A stretch of 64,000 nt of DNA. It comes from Macrostomum lignano. Lineage: Eukaryota. Shown here piece by piece: positions 25,091-37,808 of the stretch; position 1 is the stretch's first letter, and every line of letters starts with the position of its first letter. Below the pieces are notes generated by a model. That model saw only the letters and a program-made list of their open reading frames with translations. It was not told the DNA's origin and searched no databases. The position numbers were made by a program, and so were the translations under genes. The stretch is taken from the NCBI GenBank assembly GCA_002269645.1, contig NIVC01000152.1, positions 558,001 through 622,000 of the forward strand, in the 5' to 3' direction.

Positions 25091-28000
25091 CCAATCCAGA
25101 GACATATTTAGTGTCAATGTATCAATAGACAGACTTGAGGTGTTCATCTCATATGATTAGATGGTCAATCCCAAAACAGTTTCAAACTCAGTTTTTTTAA
25201 GAAGCCCTTATTGGGAACTCAACCCGCAGATTAGCAGTACAGGGAGTATTAAAACCCAATACTGTCCTAATGGAATCTGCAAAAAGATAATTAATTGCAA
25301 TGATGGATTTCGAAGCACCGCAGGACCTCTGAAGTCAACTGTAGGGCGGGGGTTAATCGGCTTTGGCAAACGAGACGGGATTTATTGCTCCTCGATCTTT
25401 CGCGCCCTTGCGAAATATCTGACGGTTTGTTTTGCTTAAAGTTGCCCCTCAAGAGTGGGCAGCACAGGAGAGGGCATACGCTCTCTATTTTGCTTAGTAT
25501 ATATGATTTCGGCCAGTGGTAATCTAAACTAGGAACATGCTTTACCGGAATCAAAGTACTAGTTGTACCAATTTTGGCACTCATTGCCTACACTATACTA
25601 ATGCACACAAAAATGTTTGAACTCGATGCATGTAACTGATGGTCAAGTCAATCTGTAAATGCTTCGGTTACACAAAAGGTCTTCTTCAACCTCCAAGTGG
25701 CATATTGAAATTGACAGTGGCACCGGAGACTCCCTAGGGTAGGTAGCAAAGGGCAATTTATCTCTGTCAAATGTCAGCAGAATTTTAATGGATCCCTGCG
25801 TTCGACTATTGCTGTTGCTAGATAAAGTATAAAGTGCACGGACTTTGTGTACACTTGTAAGAAGCTTAGCTTTAGTAGTGTATAATATAAAACTTCTTAT
25901 CACAATTTTGAAAGCTTTCTAAATCGAGATGACGTTTCTATACAGGAAAAAATGCTTATTATACAATACACTTGGCAGATATGAGTAGGAGCAAGTGTAT
26001 AAGCTGCCCCCCTGCACTCCGACACCGTTGTTCATCCCAGGTTCGATTTGACCGAAATCCGACACTAACAAGCAAGCGGCTTGTTAATCTCCCACCGGGA
26101 ATGTCGCATCAACCCGTCCTCAGTGCTCCCGCAGCGTCTGGTCTCTCCCACGCCGCAAAACAAGGAAAACGGCGCGGAGGAGAATGCACCGATCTAGTTG
26201 CTCCTGCCGAGCTGCCCACCTAAGCCCCGCCAAACTAATCAATCAGAGCGAGCCCCGACGAGGCTCGGCAGTTAAGCTTTCACCGATCGCAGATAGGGAA
26301 TGGATTATGCTACACCGTACTATCCAACCAGAGGTCTATCCAGGTAACGGCGAGTGTAATCAAACTTGCGTGTTGTTTGGTGCAAGTAAACGGTTGTAAC
26401 AACTGGTCACAAGGGTGTACTACAACTCAGTGTACGAAGTATCCCTTAACGAGTATTAATTATAGATGACGGTGCAATGCGTACACACAATAAAAGATTA
26501 ATTAGTCGGCGGTAAAAGCTAAATGATTGATTTTACGCTGCTCACATAGGGCTGGAAATCTGATGAAATCAGAAGATAAAAAGTTATAAAAGTTAGTTTG
26601 TCAGCCAAAGATCTGCGACTATTGGTTAGTCCAAGCTTGAAATTACTGGAGAAGTGCATGTAAGACACCTTGCTGGAATTGCGACCAAAAAGAACTGACT
26701 TCGAATCGGAAATGAGCTCTTTTTTCTAGCTCGTATAGTAACTAATGCGAAGAATTTTATTAATTGAGTGCAAGCCAGTTGTTTAACAAAGATAGGGTCA
26801 AAATAAAGGCCGTGTACAAGCTATTTCTTGTGGTATCCAGGCTGAAGAGAAACACAAAGTACCTAAACTGCAGTGGTGACGAATGCGGCTAGACTGGACT
26901 GGACTCAGTAGTTAAAGAAAGACAGCGTATCTTGCAGGACAACTCCGGACTCCCAGTGGACATTTTTATTAAGCCCAACAAAACCTCGTCCGAGCAGCTG
27001 ACCCATCCTTACAATTTCTATTTTGGCACCCCAGTTCAATTTGCAATGTTTTCCAAGGCCCCTCATATGTAGGCCCCTCTGGTCCAGTAAAGCCGGCCGC
27101 GTGCGTGCATGTCGCGTGTGTACAGTTCGACAAGGAGTTAAGCCGAGGCGCAGGAATGATTGAATTTTGTCTCGCCGAACCTGCCTCTTCCCCCCGGGGG
27201 GACTGACTAAGCCGTTGAGGGTACATTTTTACTACGTAACCTGATTATGCCTCTCAACAGTACGAAACCCGACAGTCCAGCATCGACGGCGATTCAGTCC
27301 TCTTTTTACTCCCCTCTTCTCGCCCAAGTAAAGCGAACAACCTGCAGCACTGACTGGGCGCACGCGCCAGAACCGAAGCCAGGCCAAACTCACGCATATT
27401 TTTTGATGCCATGCAGGAATTGATTGAGGACTTTCTTTTATCCGAGAATGAAGCTCGGCGCGCAAACTGTTCGATTGAGTCTTTGATTGAGAGGCGAGCT
27501 AAATTCTCTTCTCTCTTCCTAAGCCGTTCACTTTCTAGCCAGCGCTCCTGCCGCCACTGCAGCCACGTATAAAAAGCGCCGTACACCCCCTCTGGCCCAG
27601 CAATGCAGAATTATCGGCTCATTATTTTATTCCGTACAAACGGCGCGCCATTTAGCTGCACAGCCACCCGCACTAATTCTTAGTATGCCTAAAGCATGCG
27701 CAGCTCAAAATTAAGCTCTACCAGATCCGGCCAGGCATCAGGCGATATGCTGTTGACCAGTTTCTGCACAGCCAAACTCTCATATGCGTACTAAGGTAAA
27801 AGTTGCTCGCATGCGACTGCAACCAAGCCATGCTGAGAGACGTGCAGTGTGGGAAGGAGGGAGGGGAGTACAGCGTGCGATTCCCATTGCATGTATATTG
27901 TATGAGCGGCCCTTCTCGTCTAACTTCCGCCGCCAGCAGGTCAATCAAATGAAAAAGCAGTACCGCATTGAAACTAACACTAAAATCGATGCATGCTACA

Positions 28001-31000
28001 ATTCCGTAAAGCTATGCATTGTGCGACACATCTATAATACGCTCTTGAACTTAATCAACCTCTTTTTAAATATCTACATCCATCATTACTGTCGGCACAT
28101 GGTTTACTCACCGGCAGCCATGCATTCGATGCAAAGCAACCATGCCGACAAGATTCTGCTGCTGCTGACTAGCGGGCTTTTCACCCATGTCGATAGAAAA
28201 GAGATGCAAACTGCCAAGTTAATCCTAGGCGAGAAAACAGATTACAAACACGAGGATTCTAAACGCTTATTGACAAGAGATGCTTAGCCGGTAAAGCTGG
28301 CAGCAATTGCTTATGTCCGGCATGCCTTTAAGCCAAGCTAAAAATAACTTCTAAGTGTACAATGCGCAACCGATGGCGTCTCCTGTTTAGGCTGCTTATT
28401 ACAAAAGATGAATAGCGGGAGCAACTGGCATTTACCAGCTGGCTCGCACTGAATTATTTCAAACCGGCTGCCGTGTATAATACATGGCAATGGGCCACAC
28501 GCAGAGTGGCACACTTTATAGTTATTAAAAGGCTTGGGTGTCCGAGGTGGGCCAATCCCTAATTGCTGCAGCTAACCCACTCGTGGGATCGCTGTATCAC
28601 TAATCCAGTCTGCACGGACCAATCAGAGATCGCCAAGTCGGTCAAATCCCACTGTGGCCATTCTATACTTGACCATCTATCTAACTCTTCATTTCTGCCT
28701 GTTTTTCATAGACCTGCTCGCTTAAATAACGTGAGTTTATCCACAACATCACTGCAAGTAGCATGCTTGGGATATTTGCATCTTTTCCATTAAAAACAAC
28801 CACAATTCTACATCAGATTGAGTGTAGCGAATGCCAATATCCACGCTCAGTATAGCTTAGTATTGGCTTATCGAATAGGACACTCAAACTGAAAATAGAA
28901 TTATAAGTAGGCATGCAAGACCTGCATATATCAAAGCAAGCTATATGGTGGAATAGGCTATAAGGGCCCAGTGTAGAATATACTCGTATGACTTGAGCAT
29001 AAATTCGATGCAAATTTTATTGCGCCAAAAAGGTGAAGTGCAAATTAGCGATTTCGGCTTCAGTCAATCAGAGCCAGTCGCAGATTGTTCAGATCAGAAG
29101 CAGCAAATTCCTTAAACTAATTTCGACTCATTCGATTGACTTAATTTAGCAGATTCACGCCCATAACAGTGTCAACTAACTGGTCGATAGCTAAAGTGGG
29201 CCGATATTTAGGAAGCTTACAGAAAAATCGATCTTCGAAATCAGGCTTCACTAATCAGAATTTCTGTTGACTATCATACTGTTACATTCTGGTCAGCGCA
29301 TGTTCGTATATATTGTTAGATTTTAATATTAGGAAGTGATCACTAAAATTGAAGCATTATCAATGCTTTGGTCTGCATTGAAACAATTTTAGGACTCAAA
29401 AAACTTGTGAACACGCTCAGCTCAAGTGGTAGGCAAAAAGCTCCAACGCATCCCTTAGCTAGGATTTTACTGACTAAGCATTGTCAAAATCCACGCGCTG
29501 CTGAATATTTAATTCAGCATTTGCTGCTCTATTCTAATCCGCAAGAAAAGTGCCCGCCCCATTCCTGACCAGATGAATATAGGCCAGAACTGCAACTCAT
29601 ATATGGCAGTGCAATTTATACTATTTGAAGTGTACCAAAAAACTGCTGCAGCTACTCAGATCTAGCGAGAGAAAACGAAAGCAGGAAAAGAGGAAAGGAG
29701 AGAGACCACCGATCGATTGGCCCTTTCCGGGTACGGTCCCAGGAGATCGCGGCCCGTATAAGACCGTCTGTTCCTGTTCGAGGATTAGCCGACGCGAATA
29801 CGCATTCACTTATACGCAAGTAAATATACTCGTGCTTAACTGTCAACGGGATTCCAAAGGGAACTAGCGACACAGAGGCGGAAGAAGGACATAAGAGGCC
29901 CCCGAGGTCACACGCGGGGAATATAGAAGCAGGATAAACGAGACGTCAAATAGCTTTGCCCTTTTTGAGACCAAAGATTTAGGAGAAGCGCACAGGAAAT
30001 GAAGGCCAGTAGCTGAGAGACAAGTAGCAGAAGAAACAGTTGCGTGTCAGTGCGAACGAGTCAATCCATTGGCAAATTATGGACTGAGTTTGTTTCATTC
30101 CAAGAATTGGACAACCCGGGGGGTAACTCAAATTATGTTTCTTATTATTAAACATGGTAAAAAGTTCCAACATTTTTAGGAAAGTCGCACAAATTTTCTA
30201 ATTTTTAGTCCTGTACCACTGTATACCAGACCCGCTGTCAATAAAATTTTGCATAAATAAAAAAATACCATACCAGATATTTGTTATTTCATAGAACAAA
30301 ACCTGTAAGCTCTATCGGTACGCCTAGCACTTACTGAAACACAAGAATACAAAAGCTACTGAGATAAGCTCAGATCAATGCTTTCTACCAAATAAAAGAT
30401 AGGTTAGGGTTAAAGGGTACATGGGAAGTGCTAATTAACCACTAGGTGTAAAAGCGAGAATCTACCTAAAGGCAAAACCAGGCAGAGATAAAGAGCCACT
30501 GAGAGAACGAGAAAAGTTAGCTCGTTCCACCCTTGTTTTTCCTATCCTCTAATAGGTTCTAGGCGCATCGTTAGACTGCAAAATAGCCTCCGGTGTGTAA
30601 GACCAACCGCCACTCCTTAAGGACAAAGTATAGAGCGGCGGCACACTGACACTATGCTCGGCTTAGTATGTGGCGGCAGCGGCAACAGTGGATTACACAG
30701 CAGCTGCTTCATCCCGCTGTCCCGGCAGCAGCTACAGGGGGGGGGTCAATTTCGTTTCAGTAACGGCGAGAATAGACGTCTCTCTGTCCATGTATTTATG
30801 TGCCTAGCGATCCTCCATATGTATGCCAGTAGTGGCAGCATCGAACACAGTTGAATAAAGTACAAGAAACCCAACGGTTCAGCAAGGAGGTAAAGCAAGG
30901 CGAAGAGCTAAGCGAAGCTGCAAGCGACACAGTTGCTTCTACATGATCTGAGCCAACCAACAGCAACTGGGCTGCCCGATGGGTTTACTATTTAGTATAC

Positions 31001-33197
31001 ATAATATCTAGGACTAGGGCTGATGCAAATTAGCCCTAGACCAACCCACCGAACTGCCGCTGAGCCCAATTCCATTTCCCAAGTTTCAATCGCGTCCGGC
31101 CAGTCATTCAGCCAGCCAGCCCCAGCAGGATCTTTTCGACTAAGGCTGCGGCAATAAAACCCTCCGTTGGTTGTACTTTGCCAGATAGAAGGAAAGACTG
31201 TGCATTATGAATATTCGCACAGTAGTGATTGCATCTATGCAGGGGCGATTGTGTCGAAGCGGAGTTAAAAGCAGAAGCTTAGCTTTTATCAGTAGCTCCT
31301 GGTTTATTTATTTTGCCTTTCTGTTATTCTATCTACCTTTGATTGTATGTGCCAGTCAAAATACATACACATTTTGCATTTGCAGTTGCAATGCATTATT
31401 TACCTTGGTGAATCAAAACTCACAAGAGACTGCAACAGCCCATAAGGAGCGTAAAAAAGCGCAAAAATATATGTGCTAAAAGCAAAGACTCTATGTTATC
31501 CATTGAGCAGCAGCAAATTGAATTTCTCCTATTCCGCGTCATGTCCGCACATTACAAAGCAAAAAGCCTCTGCAGTCTTTGGGCCAGACTGCACAACTAG
31601 CTAATTAGAACATTCGCCGCATTCTCAGTCTAAGAGCTTTTCTTGGACGTACTCTGATCTACCACATATACTAAACCTGTGTACTATGCACGCATATTTT
31701 AACAGAATAGATTAGCTAATATAGTTAAAACATTCACATGTCCCAATCACGACATCGACTGACTTAGAAAAGCCTTAAGAATCCACAAAGGATGGGAGAA
31801 AGGAGCATCCACTGCAATTTACGGTACTTTATTTCATTTTAGCTTCTGAAAGACTGACTCTTCTAAATCTTCTACATGTAGGTTATGAGAGTAACAATAG
31901 GTTAATGCTTTAGTTACTGCTAGACATTGAAAGCGTCTATTCGGCTATTTGATAATTTTATAAGTTCCAATTTCGAAAACAACCAAACACAGTGTAAAGA
32001 GTATAAATGGTGCTACAGTGAACATTTAACATAACCACCTGACTTTGCTATAATCTTTTGCTATACTTCGTACACATAGCAAAGCTTGCCTACAAGAAAG
32101 TTTAACCTGGCAGCACAATATTTACTAGCTAACACCTGTGGGCTATGCTAACCCCGCCCTAACCGCTGTCGCTGTGCGTGTTAACTACTACGGGGAGTCA
32201 GGGAGTTAAACAATTTTTGTCATTTCCATTTCTCCAGAAAAACTCCAGCCAGTAAGACTAATTGTCCAAGAATTGTGGGTGGAGGTTGAAGGGAGTTTAG
32301 CAGTGGGTTATAAAATGCACTGAGAGTAACTTTGAGAGAAAGAAAGAAAATGAAAGAAATGCCACTTTGAGTTGGGGCAGGGTCAGCAGACTCAAGTAAA
32401 GCTTAGTAAAGGAAGAGACGAGATTCGTTAGACTTTGTACTGGACCGCTTAAAATGCATAACTATCATATAGCTACGAAGAAACTCAGTCCTAGGAGAGA
32501 AAAACTAAATGTTGAAAATCATTAAAGTAACAGCAAATGCGCAGATTGTAGCAGCACAAGTCATTCAGAATTTTGAGAATAATAAAAATGTGTACGACAG
32601 TGTTTCAAAAACAAGGGCAAGCACGCCTGAAGCACAATAAGCGACTGTGAGCGCCCTAAACTTATACGGCCAACAAATAATACTTTACAAATTGAATATA
32701 AGTAGTGCTCAGCATTGTGGACCGTGGTCTCACGAATACAAAGAATGGTGCTTCTTAACGTTAAAGTACAAATGGATTATTTTCCTTAAGATCTAATCGG
32801 AATTAAACTATATGAACCGTAAAACTAAACTAAGATAGTCGGAAAAGATGAGCTAAAAAAGACTAAAATATTTATTCAATTAGTCATCAATTCTGACAGT
32901 TTTTAATGGTCGATCAAGGTTAATGATGATTGAATTAGCTACTGGAGTGGAGTTGACAAATGATCGACAGTTTACAAGCTCAAAATTTCACATCAGTAAA
33001 CTTGTTCAAGTTATGAGCTAGCGAAAGTGGCTAGCAATATGATTTTTTGGCAATTCAAAAAGTTTCAAGCTTGTCAACGTCATCGATTGACTTTCAACGA
33101 TGCGAAATGTTTGTGCTGTATCCCGTCTTGAAGTACAGCTTCAGCTCTAGTAAACAGATGGGCGACAATGAAACACAGAAGGCATAAAAGTACTCAC

Positions 33198-33303
33198 TAC
33201 TCGAAGATCATGTACAGCTTTCCATCAGAGCTGTGCGTTTCGCATAGCTCAACAATGTGGCTATGCTTCAACTGGCGGCAGATTTCGACTTCGCGATTCA
33301 GAT
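33198..33303 (-). CDS. CASK: CASK exon 3 ([36 protein letters not shown])
   Basis: 106 nt, ccacAG acceptor, TA|GTGAGT donor; matches CASK [36 protein letters not shown]. Confidence 0.95.
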
Positions 33304-33454
33304 CTGTGGATTAGACAGATTAGTGAGTAATAGTTTTCACACAGATGCCAAAATCTTGCCTTGGGCACAAATTGTTTTATGCCTGTGTATGCCATAACAT
33401 AAGTTGCAACTAATATAAAGCAATTATAATATTGCATAAGTCAAATAACCATAC

Positions 33455-33567
33455 CTTCCAAAGTTAATCCAGGATTAGAGGTAAACTTTGCTATGTCAAT
33501 GATTTTCACAGCAAATTGCTTCTGTGTCTGCTTGTGAAGACATCTTCTTAAAGTGCTGAATGGACCC
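33455..33567 (-). CDS. CASK: CASK exon 2 ([37 protein letters not shown])
   Basis: 113 nt, ttttAG acceptor and G|GTATGG donor; CASK G-loop and VAIK-equivalent lysine. Not in the ORF track. Confidence 0.95.
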
Positions 33568-34920
33568 CTAAAATTAAAAGCAAAATTAACCATTCTAGCT
33601 GACAAATAATTTTCAATATAATAACTGATAAGCTACCTTCAAAGGAAGACTATACGCAATGGAATAAGTATTTCATTTTACAATTAAAAACTGCATCTGG
33701 ATAAATTAATTTTATATTGATAAGAAACCATACTAAAAATATTTTTTACAAATAGCCTAGATCATTAGTTTGATCAAGATTAAATCAATTTAAAATGTTT
33801 GCATTACTTTTAAGTTAAGCTATGTTTTACTATATTTATATATATTTACTTTTAATAATAATTGATAACTCTTAGTATACATGTGAAACACTCAGCTGAT
33901 CCAGTTGGCTAGCAAAGGGCCTAGCCAAGAAAAGGCAATAATGAACAAAAAGCTTAAAATCAACCTTTACTATATTTTTTCCTATATTAGCTTTCTATTT
34001 CTTTCTAAACAGCTTCCTGTTTATTTCACTTTTCACGCAAAGCACCTTATCACAAGTCACAAAAATGCCTACCCAAATAATACAGACGAAGTGCTACTTA
34101 GATGCTAAGGCATTTAGCCTTTTAAGACAGTCATAGTTACTCTTGTGATTTACCTAAAATTGCATTAATTTTTGCTTTAGATTTTCTTTTATAGGTAAGT
34201 TGCATTTTTGGTCAAAAAGTAAGTGGCATGGCCAATATAAATCAGGGGCTTATACATGAATAACTCCTAGGTCATAAACATTAGTTTTATTACATGATCA
34301 TATATTTATCTATAAAAATAGATTAAATAATTAGGCTTCAAAAAGTCAATGAAAACAACAATTAACCATGTATTATGGTATCCTATTATGTAAATACAGT
34401 TAGGCCTATTTAATAAGATATAAAATTATTAAGACTATATTTAATCCAATTTTTATGCTAAATGTTATATAAATTATGGTTAAGCTAAAATTTAGTAATT
34501 GGTTAAGTTGATAAAAAATTAGTCTGCTATGTTTTATCAGCCCTTTATAATCTGCTAATTATCATAGAAAGTTGTTTTGTCTACTATAAAAATATTTTGA
34601 CCTATAAAGTAGACCTACATATAGAACTAGGACTTATTCCTATTTATTTATTAGAAAAAGTTGATTTGTTTATAAGCATACAAAAAGATAGTAAATTGCT
34701 AGTAAAAAAGATAGAAGATATTAAGAAGATTTTTGTAAATTTGCAATCTGGCATAATTTTTTTTAACTTTTGCACAAAGGCTTAAGTAGAGAAAGAGTCA
34801 GATAGCAAAGAAAAAGATTTAGGCCCTACTATATATAATATAGTTATATTTTTAGACCTCAGTGCACTTAAAGTTCAACTTGAAATAATGTTTGATAAAG
34901 TTTAATATAAAAATTCTTAC

Positions 34921-35069
34921 CGTCCAACAATTTCAAATACTTGATATATATCAGCAAAAGATCCACTAATACTGTTGGTTTCAGCTTTTAAACTTGAATT
35001 TGACTTATCAATAAAGTTAGTGGCACTAGCACACTGACTATGAGACTGGGAGCTTAAAAATCTATTCAT
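34921..35069 (-). CDS. CASK: CASK coding exon 1 (MNRFLSSQ...SFADIYQVFEIVGR)
   Basis: ATG at 35069; 149 nt ending in phase 2 at CG|GTAAGA. The end FADIYQVFEIVGR aligns with the CASK start FEDVYELCEVIGK and joins exon 2 to give GRGPFS. Confidence 0.9.
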
Positions 35070-36513
35070 TTTGAAGATAGATTCAAGTATCAAATGCTTC
35101 GTTTTAAGTTATTAATATACACATTTAAAATTAACCACTCATTTTTATAGCTGGTAAGTGGTAACTAAGAAAGAAGATTAAAACTTTACATCTAAAAATA
35201 AGACCAGTCGACAAAAATGGTCGTCAATAGAGGCCTAGTGCTGCAGCCGTACCGTAGGCCTAGTCCTAGGGTAATAGTCAATATAGACAAGAAAGTTTAA
35301 TTTCCTTTGGTCACTTCAAACCTAAGGCTAAGGCCTAACTGTGCATAAACGGCACTATTTTGATAAATCAGAATAATCAACAGATGACAACTAAAAAGAC
35401 AGTAAAAACATAGGCAGTTAGTGAAGCAAACGGTAACAGTAAGGTTAATAGATCCTTGTTAATCTAAAAAATAAATTTCGCGCAAAAAAAGCGCACGGCA
35501 GGTAGCTGTTAAATAAAAAATCAGACACGAGAACCGATTTTTAAAAATGTTTGTCAAATCAGGTAAAGCAAAGTTATAGGTCATAGCTAAAAAATATTTT
35601 ATTCTATTTGTAAAATGTTTGTAAAAATGTTTGTAAAACATTTACAAAAAAACTTCAAAATTTATTGTATTTGCAAAATTTTAAACCTTTCTTTGTAGAA
35701 ATATATTGGAGGGATGGAACCTCAGACTCGGACCGATACCGCACTGGGCTTCGGACGTTCGGTACCATCATGTATAGGATGTGATTTGCCAAAGAGACGT
35801 ACGTGGCTGACGTATTCGAAGTAGGCTCTAACGGAAATAATATTTAATAAGTATTGTAAGGAACTTGTATGAAATTGTAAACGTTAAAACATGTTAAGGA
35901 ATCTAACACAGTAATCTACGATTAGCCTATCTCTAAATAGGCCCCTAATAATATTTCAAAATGTCGCTATAGCTATAGGCTTTTTAGCCATTGCTAGACG
36001 TACAGCCGTATAGGCTATGAAAAGCTTTGTATCATAGACCCTATATATAAATTATAGATCTAGCTATGCCTAGGCCTAGGGCCTATAGTTTGGTCTAAAA
36101 TAAAAATGTCATTATTGCAGTATATTGGTATTGGCATTAACATAATTAGGCCCCTAACCATTTTGAAATTGTAATAATTTGCTTTGCTTGATGAGATTAA
36201 GAATACTACTAACTAGGCCTAACGCCTAACCAATAATAGCAAATGCAGATGTTTCTATATTTGTGTTGAATTTTTGCATTATTTTGTACAAAATATTGTA
36301 GCAATGTAGGCCCTAAATTAGTTTTAAATGGGAATAGGCTATAACAAAATAAAAAATATTAACACCCTGTTAGCATATTTAGTTAATGATAATAAAATAT
36401 ATATGAATGAATACAATCCACTTTGATAACAACCACTTTGGTAACAAAGCAGATTTACAACTATAGTATTAGGCCCCTAATATATATTTGGCTACAGGTC
36501 AAAGGGTGACAGA

Positions 36514-37629
36514 TCAAAAGGGATGTGGTTCAGTGAGGACATAAGGTCCATTTATTTCACTAACCACCTTCAGTAGATCATCCACTAAGCAGTTGCTGCG
36601 CCTGAATAATTTCTAGTACTTGAAGTACTGGGCCTGCACCTGCAAACCTCAGTATATATTGTGCTATACGCGGCGCATTACTCCTTGGGAGAGGAGCTGC
36701 ACCTCTATGGTGATCATTCATACTTCATTGAATATGAGCTTGATAAGCAGGTAAAATTGGATGTTTCCTCATTGGGCTCTGTAGTTTAGCGCGCAATGCT
36801 AGCTCTTTAAGTCATTGTTGGTCCTAATCACCTATAAAATATAGAAAAATGTATTGACACAAATATGTAAAATAATGCATTTATGCATATTAGTAGTGAT
36901 ATGTATTTGTTAAGCAAACTTATCAGACTTGTTAATCCTTTAAGTTCATACAACAAAGTCATACTTTTGAAGTCAGTATCAGTCCCAGTACATAATTTTC
37001 CTCTTTACATGTAATACTTAAAGTGAATTCTGCACTCTCTTGTATCGTCTTACTTTAAATCATCATAAAAATACTTGTCAAGTAAAACTGTTTTGAAACA
37101 ATGAAATCTGTCAAAGTATGAGTACTGGTACTTTCCTTACATTTTAAATATGCCTACATGTATATGAACTTTCCAAGGTATTTTCAAGTTTGCAATGATA
37201 TTTTTTCTGGATATACATAAAAGATTTTTTCATAACTCTACCTGTCTATATATGGAGATGTTATAGACATTCCAGCAGATAGAGCTGGTGATCCACGTCA
37301 CTTGGACGTAGTCGCACAGGGCAGTTAGGAGAGGTGTTAAAGCAGTCTTGATATGGAGATGATATAATGTCATTGCAATATGCTGAGGTGGCCAAGAAGG
37401 GGAGCGCCATCAGCTTTTGGCAGAATCGCTAAGTTCAATCATCGTCACAGTATGCCGGCTGTAAGCCTAGCTGCTGAATGTGGCACTAAACAGCCTGCGT
37501 GTAGTAGAAGACACACCCACAAATTGATGCTTATGGGAAGAAGACAGTTCGGATGGCTCTCCAAACTGCAGCTTCAAAGTCAATGACAAAACCTTCTGGT
37601 TTCGCGTGTAGGACGATGGCCTTGAGTGC
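36514..37629 (-). mobile_element. Decayed Mutator-like (MULE) transposase: two exon remnants, 37242-37629 and 36514-36831, with intron 36832-37241
   Basis: PEGFVIDFEAAVWRAIRTVFFP*ASICGCVFYYTQAV*CHIQQLGLQPAY...KLMALPFL...LCDYVQVTWI...WNVY...RQ|VIRTNNDLKS*HCALN; multiple stops and a frameshift; CAG|GT and tatAG junctions preserved. Confidence 0.88.
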
Positions 37630-37673
37630 CTATTGCATGTATACGTGTAGGAAGGAATAACAATGGTTAGTTT

Positions 37674-37808
37674 TTACTTCCTTTCATTCTTTTCAATTGT
37701 AATGCCACTGTTGCATGTTCGGTGTTGCCAACCATGGCAGCCATTATACTGCAAGCCTTGTTGACGTTGGCGGACCTCATTTTTGCATATGATGCACAAG
37801 TTATCCAT
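37674..37808 (-). pseudogene. PHD-finger fragment, N-terminus of a decayed MULE transposase
   Basis: MDNLCIICKNEVRQRQQGLQYNGCHGWQHRTCNSGI: C-x2-C...(C>Y)-x2-C-x4-H-x2-C spacing. Confidence 0.7.

Noticed and set aside
26560-26585. Second hammerhead-like CTGATGA motif
   Set aside because: It lacks the GAAA after stem II and has no stem I or III.
28100-28190. Alternative CASK first exon (MGEKPASQQQQ...MHGCR|GTGAGT, phase 2)
   Set aside because: Several GTGAGT hexamers are expected by chance in a 17.7-kb intron; no homology or promoter evidence.
27784-28287. 167-aa plus-strand ORF
   Set aside because: No recognisable domain or coding-like composition; antisense in a CASK intron.
35699-35798. 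Plus-strand AG...GT exon-like 100-nt island
   Set aside because: Two frames close with stops and the third is unrecognisable; it could be a non-coding exon, but sequence alone cannot support it.
36617-36750. Plus-strand exon-like frame (LEVLGLHLQ...EYELDKQ|GT)
   Set aside because: It is the antisense shadow of the MULE transposase exon on the minus strand.
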